Virus record (IMG/VR): IMGVR_UViG_3300043539_001111
Span: 1-64,000 of that record
From: an uncultured virus (IMG/VR IMGVR_UViG_3300043539_001111)
Lineage: Duplodnaviria > Heunggongvirae > Uroviricota > Caudoviricetes
DNA length: 64,000 nt
Strand: one strand, 5' to 3'
Part shown: one piece after another, positions 21,056-27,603 of the stretch
Layout: each line of letters starts with the position of its first letter
How positions within the stretch are numbered: position 1 is the stretch's first letter
Made by a program: the position numbers and the translations under genes
The notes under the pieces: model-generated
What the model was told of the DNA's origin: nothing
What the model saw: the letters and a program-made list of their open reading frames with translations, nothing else
The model's database searches: none

Positions 21056-21101
21056 TAATAGTTATTAAGAACAAGGTAGAAATACCACAAAAAAAAGAAA
21101 A

Positions 21102-21224
21102 ATGAAAAACACTAATAAACATATGAATGTCTCGATTTGGAACCAACAATTTAGTAATTGTTCGTATCCGCGTATCTCGCATACAAGTTCAGCTGATTTA
21201 TTAAGTGATTTAATTTTATACTAA
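21102..21224 (+). CDS. putative attenuator leader peptide of tRNA array 1 (40 aa)
   Basis: MKNTNKHMNVSIWNQQFSNCSYPRISHTSSADLLSDLILY*; contains AGTTCAG, complementary to the terminator 5' arm. Confidence 0.75.
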   Translation: MKNTNKHMNVSIWNQQFSNCSYPRISHTSSADLLSDLILY

Positions 21225-21247
21225 AGATTAAACCAATAATATAAGAT

Positions 21248-21283
21248 AAAATCCTGAACTCAAAAAGTTCAGGATTTTTTTTT
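21248..21283 (+). terminator. intrinsic terminator (attenuator 1)
   Basis: AAAATCCTGAACT-CAAAA-AGTTCAGGATTTT plus T tract. Confidence 0.9.
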
Positions 21284-21291
21284 GTCAAAAA

Positions 21292-21360
21292 ATTGGAAGT
21301 TAAAAAAAAAGGATTACCTTTGTCCCGTCAAAATAAAGGATAAGTTATTTGAAATATTGG
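21292..21360 (+). promoter_or_regulatory. sigma-A-type promoter plus boxA-like element before tRNA array 1
   Basis: TTG..TACCTTTG, then AAGTTATTTGAAATATTGG (near-identical at 25686). Confidence 0.6.
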
Positions 21361-21369
21361 TAAGAAAAT

Positions 21370-21451
21370 GGAAGAGTGGACAGTTGGTTGTCGAGCGGTC
21401 TTGAAAACCGTCGCTCGTAATGGGTTGCAGGTTCGAATCCTGTCTCTTCCG
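21370..21451 (+). tRNA. tRNA-Ser(TGA)
   Basis: cloverleaf, loop CTTGAAA, long variable arm. Confidence 0.9.
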
Positions 21452-21552
21452 CGGGTTAGTTAAATAGTTTAATCCACACCCAAAAAAGAATGTCCGGAGA
21501 GAGTCCGGGGCGAACGTAATTGTGGTAATCGTTCTTTAACTAAAAAATATTT

Positions 21553-21624
21553 TGCCCCTTCGTATATCGGTTAGTACACATGGTTTTGGTCCATGCGGGG
21601 GGAGTTCGATTCTCTCAGGGGTAA
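21553..21624 (+). tRNA. tRNA-Gln(TTG)
   Basis: CATGG-TTTTGGT-CCATG. Confidence 0.9.
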
Positions 21625-21631
21625 CAAAAAT

Positions 21632-21703
21632 GGTGATATGGTCGATTGGTTTAGGCACTGGATTGCAAACTCAGTTAGGTGGGTTCGATTCCTACTATCA
21701 CCT
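21632..21703 (+). tRNA. tRNA-Cys(GCA)
   Basis: loop TTGCAAA, U73. Confidence 0.9.
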
Positions 21704-21757
21704 CAACGGGTTCGGTGGAAACCCAAAAATAGATGATGAATCTATGTCCACCAAAAT

Positions 21758-21826
21758 GCCGAGGGGTCAGGTGACCGGAGATGGCTCATATCTATTTCTA
21801 GAATGGCTCGATACCATTTCTCGGTA
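21758..21826 (+). tRNA. tRNA-Met(CAT), atypical (4-nt D loop)
   Basis: GATGG-CTCATAT-CTATT; T loop CTCGATA. Confidence 0.65.
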
Positions 21827-21880
21827 CGAACAGCACTCAGTTTATATGTTTGAGGGTGGGAGGAATCTAAACATATATTT

Positions 21881-21951
21881 GCCTCGATGGCGTAATGGGA
21901 GCGTATTTGTCTTACATACAAATGGTGGGGGTTCAATTCCCTCTCGAGGTA
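21881..21951 (+). tRNA. tRNA-Val(TAC)
   Basis: TTTGT-CTTACAT-ACAAA. Confidence 0.9.
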
Positions 21952-22007
21952 CAAAAATCTAAAATTTGAGCAGTAAAATGTCTTAAATTTGAGCAATACA
22001 AAAAATT

Positions 22008-22088
22008 GGGTAGTAAAAGTCGTTCGGATACGGCAGCCAGACTGTAAATCTGGTCCTTTTGGGAGTGGTTCGAGTCCACTACTGCCCA
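22008..22088 (+). tRNA. tRNA-Tyr(GTA)
   Basis: CCAGA-CTGTAAA-TCTGG; atypical D arm. Confidence 0.85.
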
Positions 22089-22234
22089 CAATGATAATGG
22101 TCTTCTCTATCTCTCGGATGTCGACAATCCAAGATAGGTCAAAGAATTCACACACCCCCTGCCGGTGCACCGTAAAACTACGAATAAGCAGTTAAGATTG
22201 GAGCGAGATGGGTACTCCAACATTATCATTACTT

Positions 22235-22307
22235 GGTTCTCTTGTGTAAGTGGTCTGCACGCAAGACTGAAAATCTTGAGGATAGAGTTCGATTCTCTGG
22301 GGAACCA
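22235..22307 (+). tRNA. tRNA-Phe(GAA)
   Basis: CAAGA-CTGAAAA-TCTTG. Confidence 0.9.
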
Positions 22308-22384
22308 CGGAGTCCTGAAATAACAGGAAACCCCCACTCCCATATGGCAGCCGGTCCATTAACCCGGTGAAGTGGGGTAAATAT

Positions 22385-22470
22385 TGACGGGTTGCCGTAG
22401 TTGGTCGAACGGTCCGGACTGTTAATCCGGTGAAAATATTCCATCGTGGGTTCGAATCCCACCCCGTCAG
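22385..22470 (+). tRNA. tRNA-Asn(GTT) with long variable region
   Basis: CCGGA-CTGTTAA-TCCGG, G73. Confidence 0.85.
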
Positions 22471-22521
22471 CGAATTTTTTCGAAAATTAACATATTTATT
22501 ATTAACAAAAAAAGTTAATTT

Positions 22522-23061
22522 ATGGAAAGGTATTCGGAACAAATAATTTCTTTAAGAAATGAAGGTAAATCGTATAAAGAAATTAAAAAAATTTTAGGTT
22601 GTGCTTTATCAACTATCTCATATCATTGTACTAAAAATAAAGTTGGTGGTTTTTCAGATAGATTATCGGATGATGATAAGAAAAAATTACAAGAACTATA
22701 TGATGAATTAGGTTCAGTTAAAAAAGTTAGAAAAATGACAGGTAGGTCGGTTGAAACAATATTAAAATATGTTGTAACTAAAAAACCTACAAAAAAAATA
22801 ACATCATCTGAATCAGTTATAAATTGGAGAAAAAGAACTAAACAAAAGTTAATTCAATATAAAGGGGGTTCTTGTGAATTATGTGGATATTATAAATGTG
22901 AACGGGCACTTGAATTTCATCATATTAACCCTGAAGAGAAAGATTTTAGTATTAGTGGTAAAAGTTTATCGTTTGATAAATTAAAAGATGAGGTTGATAA
23001 GTGTATGTTAGTTTGTTCTAATTGTCATTGTGAAATACACGACGGACTTATTAACTTATAA
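22522..23061 (+). CDS. HTH + HNH endonuclease (homing-endonuclease-like)
   Basis: CELCGY..ALEFHH..CMLVCSNCHCEIH. Confidence 0.85.
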   Translation: MERYSEQIISLRNEGKSYKEIKKILGCALSTISYHCTKNKVGGFSDRLSDDDKKKLQELYDELGSVKKVRKMTGRSVETILKYVVTKKPTKKITSSESVINWRKRTKQKLIQYKGGSCELCGYYKCERALEFHHINPEEKDFSISGKSLSFDKLKDEVDKCMLVCSNCHCEIHDGLINL

Positions 23062-23068
23062 AATATAT

Positions 23069-23143
23069 GGTGGCTATAGTGTAACGGTTAACACGATAGA
23101 TTGTGGTTCTGTAAATGGGAGTTCGATTCTCCTTAGTCACCCA
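23069..23143 (+). tRNA. tRNA-His(GTG)
   Basis: loop TTGTGGT, G-1, ends CCA. Confidence 0.9.
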
Positions 23144-23148
23144 AAAAT

Positions 23149-23220
23149 GTCTCCATAGTTCAACGGATAGAACGTCAGGCTACGGACTTGAAGATGTGGG
23201 CTCGAATCCTGCTGGAGACA
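23149..23220 (+). tRNA. tRNA-Arg(ACG)
   Basis: TCAGG-CTACGGA-CTTGA. Confidence 0.9.
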
Positions 23221-23296
23221 CAAAAAAATCGCTGATAGTAATATCGAAGGTGTGTAATGATATCAACATCGTAGGTTAAGCGATATCCTACAAAAT

Positions 23297-23382
23297 GGAG
23301 AGTAAAACAATCAGGGTATTGTCACCTCCTGCTAAGAGAGTGGTTCGGTAAAATGGATGGATTTCGAGTATTCTGCTCTCCG
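23297..23382 (+). tRNA. tRNA-Ser(GCT), 8/4-type cloverleaf
   Basis: 8-bp acceptor GGAGAGTA/TGCTCTCC, 4-bp T stem, loop CTGCTAA. Confidence 0.8.
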
Positions 23383-23398
23383 CAGAAAAATAATAACA

Positions 23399-23473
23399 CT
23401 AGATGTAGAGGAGCCCGGAGTCCTCGCCGTCCTTGGAAGACGGAGACCGCAAGTTCAAATCTTGCCATCTAGA
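23399..23473 (+). tRNA. tRNA-Pro(TGG)
   Basis: CCGTC-CTTGGAA-GACGG. Confidence 0.9.
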
Positions 23474-23478
23474 CGACC

Positions 23479-23552
23479 CGGTACTTAGCTCAATTGGTTA
23501 GAGCACTCGCCTGATACGTGAGAGGTTATAGGTTCGATTCCTATAGTACCGA
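23479..23552 (+). tRNA. tRNA-Ile(GAT)
   Basis: CTCGC-CTGATAC-GTGAG. Confidence 0.9.
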
Positions 23553-23635
23553 CAAATGTGGCTCACAAACTTTGATTATTAAGTTCAAATTATGTATAAT
23601 TTGAGCCCAATGTTAAAGTAAAATGAGCTCAATAA

Positions 23636-23707
23636 TCCCCCGTAGCAAACCGGTGTAGGCAACTGGCTTTTAACCAGTGGGGTCAGGTTCAACTCCTGAC
23701 GGGGGAA
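23636..23707 (+). tRNA. tRNA-Lys(TTT)
   Basis: ACTGG-CTTTTAA-CCAGT. Confidence 0.9.
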
Positions 23708-23740
23708 CAAAAAGAATGTTTAACTAATAAATCAAAAGTT

Positions 23741-23980
23741 GTGAGTAGTGTTACTTGGTCAGTATTTAGTGCTGAATATTTTAGTGAAGTAAAAAAAGAA
23801 TCAATGTGGAGAAAACAAACTTTTCTTTATATGGGAGATTTATCCAACGTAGATATGACAACAGATTGGAGATTTAGTGATGTTGAAGGAAAAAGAAGAA
23901 AGTGTGAATTTTTAGGGTTAATAGATAATCCGGAATTTCCACTAAAAGAACCAATAGAAACATATAGAAATAATGAGTAA
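23741..23980 (+). CDS. hypothetical protein
   Basis: ORF overlapping HNH start. Confidence 0.6.
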   Translation: MSSVTWSVFSAEYFSEVKKESMWRKQTFLYMGDLSNVDMTTDWRFSDVEGKRRKCEFLGLIDNPEFPLKEPIETYRNNE

Positions 23981-24479
23981 GTACGGAAAAACATTGGTTT
24001 TGGATTCAAGTTATATGCCAAGGTCTATCATAAACACTGAAAGGGCTTTTGTCATAACTTATAAGGGTAATGCAAGTGTTATTGCCGAACATCCGGAATC
24101 ATTCAGTTTGATTAATCCTGAATTGGATATCAAAAAACCCTCAATTATTAGGGTTTACAAATATGTGAATCAACCGATTCATAAAGTTCCTTTAAGTAGG
24201 GAGAATGTTTATAGAAGAGATGGTTATGCCTGTGTATATTGTGGATGTGACAATCGTAAAACTTTAACATTAGACCACGTAATACCCCAATCTAAGGGAG
24301 GTAAAGATGCGTGGGACAACTTGGTAACTGCTTGTAAAAGATGTAATAGTGAGAAATCAAACTTGACATTGGAAGAATATGGTAAAGAAATACCTCAACC
24401 AAGACGACCACATTATTTGATGATGATAAAACAAGTTCATTATATTCCTGAAGAATGGAATGATTATTTATTTTTCTAA
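23973..24479 (+). CDS. HNH endonuclease (McrA-like)
   Basis: RRDGYACVYCG..LTLDHVIPQSKGG..NLVTACKRCNSEK. Confidence 0.9.
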   Translation: MSKYGKTLVLDSSYMPRSIINTERAFVITYKGNASVIAEHPESFSLINPELDIKKPSIIRVYKYVNQPIHKVPLSRENVYRRDGYACVYCGCDNRKTLTLDHVIPQSKGGKDAWDNLVTACKRCNSEKSNLTLEEYGKEIPQPRRPHYLMMIKQVHYIPEEWNDYLFF

Positions 24480-24536
24480 AAATTTTGGCAGAATAAAAAA
24501 TAGTTGTATCTTTGTTGAAATAAAAACGGAGAAACT

Positions 24537-24680
24537 ATGTCATTAGAAAAAGAAATTTTGGGATTTACAAATTGGTTATACGCTAACAATTGGAAACTAA
24601 TTGGTGATGGGATGTGTTTAAATCTTGAAACAAAGTCGATTGGTTATATTAACGAACTGATGGTTGAATATAATAAATAA
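24537..24680 (+). CDS. 47-aa hypothetical protein (not in ORF track)
   Basis: MSLEKEILGFTNWLYANNWKLIGDG...; TATCTTTG promoter upstream. Confidence 0.6.
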   Translation: MSLEKEILGFTNWLYANNWKLIGDGMCLNLETKSIGYINELMVEYNK

Positions 24681-24752
24681 AACACCCGCTACGTAACGAA
24701 AGCGCTACGACACGTACTATCTGGCAGGTCAGGTCGGGTGTTTATTGAAAAT

Positions 24753-24823
24753 GCAGGTCACAGACAAGGTGTCGGTACAGTCTCCAAAACTGTTACGGGT
24801 AGGTTCGATTCCTACGGTCTGCG
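24753..24823 (+). tRNA. tRNA-Trp(CCA)
   Basis: ACAGT-CTCCAAA-ACTGT, G73. Confidence 0.85.
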
Positions 24824-24893
24824 CAGAAGACGGAGAGTGAGTCAAGGGTAATTCCGTTATGGTTATCCCTCGAGGGTCTCTCCTGAAGAATTG

Positions 24894-25091
24894 AAAAGTT
24901 TAACAACCGGGGTGTCCATACTCTAAAAAACTAATGGACTAGTCGTGTTGATAGGGGTGACCTCCCAACAGTAGCACCGTAGTAATACGGTAAAGGATAG
25001 ATAAGGACTGGTACGCCGGTGAGGAACACGACCAATTCCGGAATTCCCATTGTAGCCCGCTACGACCCGAGGGCGGGGTTGTTAAACTTTT
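24894..25091 (+). ncRNA. unidentified ~200-nt multibranch structured RNA
   Basis: 15-bp closing stem AAAAGTTTAACAACC/GGTTGTTAAACTTTT, internal helices. Confidence 0.6.
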
Positions 25092-25113
25092 TTTAATAAT
25101 AAATCTTACCAAT

Positions 25114-25431
25114 ATGAAAAATACAATAGATAGAAGAATGTTGGATGTGGATATCACACCAATAACTTTATCAAAAATTAAATCTCAGGGATTAACACCA
25201 TATTATTATGATGAAAATACTGATATTGTTGAATTAACAGGACCAATTAAAGGGAAGACATATAATACAAAACCAAAAGAAGTGTTTTTATTAACTCCGG
25301 ATGAGTATGATAAAATTAAAAAATTATCAGACAATATTAAGGAAATGATTGAACTTAAATTAAAACAAATTAAGTTATACAAACAATATATTCCAGCGGT
25401 TATGGGAGAAATTATAAAAAAAAATAATTAA
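25114..25431 (+). CDS. hypothetical protein
   Basis: ORF track. Confidence 0.7.
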   Translation: MKNTIDRRMLDVDITPITLSKIKSQGLTPYYYDENTDIVELTGPIKGKTYNTKPKEVFLLTPDEYDKIKKLSDNIKEMIELKLKQIKLYKQYIPAVMGEIIKKNN

Positions 25432-25488
25432 TACTTGACACTTTTTAAAAAAGGACTATATTTATTAGAAATTACAATAACACAGAAA

Positions 25489-25563
25489 ATGCAAACTTTA
25501 AATACATTATTACTTACAATAGGCGCGGAGGGTAGAGATACAACTCGGTCGGAGATGGTATGA
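25489..25563 (+). CDS. putative attenuator leader peptide of tRNA array 2 (24 aa)
   Basis: MQTLNTLLLTIGAEGRDTTRSEMV*; contains GGAGATGG, complementary to terminator 5' arm CCATCTCC. Confidence 0.75.
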   Translation: MQTLNTLLLTIGAEGRDTTRSEMV

Positions 25564-25595
25564 TGTATTGTTAAGTAACATAATAATAATAGATT

Positions 25596-25628
25596 AAGTC
25601 CATCTCCAAAAGAGATGGATTTTTTTTT
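25596..25628 (+). terminator. intrinsic terminator (attenuator 2)
   Basis: AAGTCCATCTC-CAAAA-GAGATGGATTT plus T tract. Confidence 0.9.
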
Positions 25629-25637
25629 ATAAAAAAG

Positions 25638-25704
25638 TTTGGTATAATGAAATAAAGTATTATCTTTGTACCATCAAAAAGAAACAAGTTAATTGAAATA
25701 TTGG
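25638..25704 (+). promoter_or_regulatory. sigma-A-type promoter plus boxA-like element before tRNA array 2
   Basis: TTTG-N19-TATCTTTG; AAGTTAATTGAAATATTGG. Confidence 0.65.
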
Positions 25705-25715
25705 TAATATAAAAC

Positions 25716-25787
25716 GGCCCTATCGTCTATCGGTTAGGACATTTGGTTTTCATCCAAAAAAGTCGGGTTCGACTCCCGGTGGGGCTA
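25716..25787 (+). tRNA. tRNA-Glu(TTC)
   Basis: TTTGG-TTTTCAT-CCAAA. Confidence 0.9.
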
Positions 25788-25792
25788 CAATT

Positions 25793-25864
25793 GGGGATAT
25801 AGTATAACGGCTATTACAATGGTTTTGCAAATCGTAAATTAGGGTTCGATTCCCTATATCTCCA
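25793..25864 (+). tRNA. tRNA-Ala(TGC)
   Basis: loop TTTGCAA, G3.U70. Confidence 0.9.
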
Positions 25865-25868
25865 CAAA

Positions 25869-25940
25869 GGTCTATTCGTTCAACGGCTAGGATGCTACCC
25901 TGTCACGGTAGAGATGAGAGTTCGATTCTCTCATAGACCG
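25869..25940 (+). tRNA. tRNA-Asp(GTC)
   Basis: CTACC-CTGTCAC-GGTAG. Confidence 0.9.
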
Positions 25941-25989
25941 CAAACCATAGGATTAATTACCCTATGACTGTCAGGTTCGAAACTGACGA

Positions 25990-26102
25990 TTGATTATGGT
26001 GTAATGGTGCACAGAGGAACGGAGTAGGAATACGAAAAGCATTGGGCTTTCGTCGGTTCTGAAAGGGGACTCAGGATTAAGGTTCGAGTCCTTATTAATC
26101 AG
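25990..26102 (+). ncRNA. tRNA-like RNA with anticodon arm replaced by an expanded domain
   Basis: acceptor TGATTA/TAATCA, D arm, T arm TAAGG-TTCGAGT-CCTTA; no anticodon loop. Confidence 0.6.
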
Positions 26103-26108
26103 CAACAT

Positions 26109-26181
26109 CGCGAGGGGGAGGTATAGTATCTCATTGGTCTCATAAGCCAATCAAAGCAGGAGCGTTACCTGCCCTACGCTA
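26109..26181 (+). tRNA. tRNA-Met(CAT), initiator-like, atypical T loop
   Basis: TTGGT-CTCATAA-GCCAA; unpaired C1; T loop AGCGTTA. Confidence 0.65.
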
Positions 26182-26203
26182 CTAATTTAATAACTAAATC
26201 CGT

Positions 26204-26374
26204 ATGGCTACAGCAGCAAAAAGGTCAAGACAATCAAGAGCACTTGATATGTTACAGAACCAATTGAAAAGTGGTGTGAAAACACAAAAGGGTACAAGGG
26301 ACGTAAAAGTTCCATTAACAGATTCTGACAAGAAAAGAATCGAAAAAGAGATGGGGATTCTCCAATCTAGATAA
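26204..26374 (+). CDS. 56-aa basic hypothetical protein (not in ORF track)
   Basis: MATAAKRSRQSRALDMLQNQLKSGVKTQKG...ILQSR*. Confidence 0.65.
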   Translation: MATAAKRSRQSRALDMLQNQLKSGVKTQKGTRDVKVPLTDSDKKRIEKEMGILQSR

Positions 26375-26456
26375 TGAAAAAGTGTCTCGGTACGCTCTGA
26401 CGAAAGTTAACGACGAGGTCCCGGTAGACAGAACGCGTCTGATTCTACCCAAATCT

Positions 26457-26528
26457 GCGAATATCGTATAGTGGTTATTACTCCATCCTTCCAAGTTGGA
26501 GACGAGAGTTCGATTCTCTCTATTCGCT
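26457..26528 (+). tRNA. tRNA-Gly(TCC)
   Basis: loop CTTCCAA, U73. Confidence 0.9.
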
Positions 26529-26535
26529 CAAAATT

Positions 26536-26607
26536 GCCTTCATAGTTCAAGGGATAGAATAAGACACTTCTAATGTTTTGATATAGGTTCGAGTCCTATT
26601 GAGGGTA
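26536..26607 (+). tRNA. tRNA-Arg(TCT)
   Basis: AGACA-CTTCTAA-TGTTT. Confidence 0.9.
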
Positions 26608-26615
26608 CAACAATT

Positions 26616-26688
26616 GCTCTAGTGGTGGAACGGTATACACACTTGTCTTAGGAACAAGGTTTTGAGGGTTCGAATCCCTCCTTGAGTA
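26616..26688 (+). tRNA. tRNA-Leu(TAG), short variable region
   Basis: CTTGT-CTTAGGA-ACAAG. Confidence 0.85.
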
Positions 26689-26791
26689 CAATACATTATC
26701 ATAACTCGGTGTGATACACCGCCAACTACCTCCTTAAACAACGTGGGAACTGCGGTTCTCCCAATGTGGCCGAAGTGATGATGTTAAAAAA

Positions 26792-26947
26792 TGATAACTG
26801 TGGTGGAATTGGTATACACGGGGGTCTAGTCCAATATGATTGGTTGAGAGTGAACTTCTCAATCTCTTGCTCACGGACGGAAACTGCCGGAGAAAACACA
26901 GCAAGAAGTGTTATATCCTTACAGGTTCGAGTCCTGTTGGTTATCAG
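26792..26947 (+). ncRNA. tRNA-like RNA with ~100-nt central insertion
   Basis: acceptor TGATAAC/GTTATCA, Leu-type D arm, T arm ACAGG-TTCGAGT-CCTGT. Confidence 0.6.
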
Positions 26948-26998
26948 TAGTTTAAGAGACAGAGTTGACTTCTACTTAAAAAAAATACTCTGCGACAG

Positions 26999-27081
26999 GC
27001 TGGTGTCGCATAGAGGTTGATTGCACCTGATTTGTAATCAGGAACCGAAAGGTCACGTTGGTTCGAATCCAATCACCAGCT
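26999..27081 (+). tRNA. tRNA-Thr(TGT) with long variable arm
   Basis: CCTGA-TTTGTAA-TCAGG; variable ACC-GAAA-GGT. Confidence 0.85.
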
Positions 27082-27306
27082 CAGGTCATCCACTTTCGTT
27101 CTCTCCGTATGAGGGTATGGGTTCTTGGATGTAAAATGTAGAACTCGGACGGTTGAAATAGACCAAACGATAATACGGCCTTTTTACAAATTTTTGTGCG
27201 GACAAAAAATACGGGTTCTTCGGTGGGCACCGGGTTATTTCTCTTAAAATAACACAACTACTAAAAGTATGGACACATATGGGGAAACCGAACCCGTGTC
27301 CTATAT

Positions 27307-27386
27307 AGTCGGGTGGCGGAATTGGATAGACGCGGCCCCGTCGAGGGGTTTAACCGGAATTACAGGTTCGAGTCCTGTCCTGACTA
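27307..27386 (+). tRNA. atypical tRNA, possibly Arg(TCG)
   Basis: good acceptor, D and T arms; loop CGTCGAG lacks U33. Confidence 0.5.
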
Positions 27387-27603
27387 CAATTGAGTGAGAG
27401 ATACTCAATAGATTTGGCATCGTTTCTTAAACAATGATGTAGCTGACGCCTCAAACGGTTTTACAGAGGGGGTCTGTCGGAATAAAGGGAACTGACAACA
27501 TTCCCTCCGAGTAGTTGTTGACTTTTAAGCGGTAAGACGCGATGGGTTTTGAATAGGAAAACTGTGGACATCTACACCAAAATAATCTCATTGGTGGAAA
27601 CAC

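Noticed and set aside
22309..22378. HDV-like (theta) ribozyme after tRNA-Phe
   Set aside because: P2- and P4-like helices are present, but I could not place P1, L3 or the catalytic C.
21552..22542. ORF-track ORFs over tRNA array 1 (also 24939, 26766, 27451, 36229)
   Set aside because: They overlap tRNAs or structured RNAs; spurious.
23558..23634. TTGAGC-containing short palindromic spacer (similar at 21961-21998)
   Set aside because: Too short and AT-rich to support a repeat family from this window alone.
24883..24897. Hammerhead core CTGAAGA..GAAA (also CTGACGA at ~26397)
   Set aside because: No stem II/III and no correctly placed NUH site.
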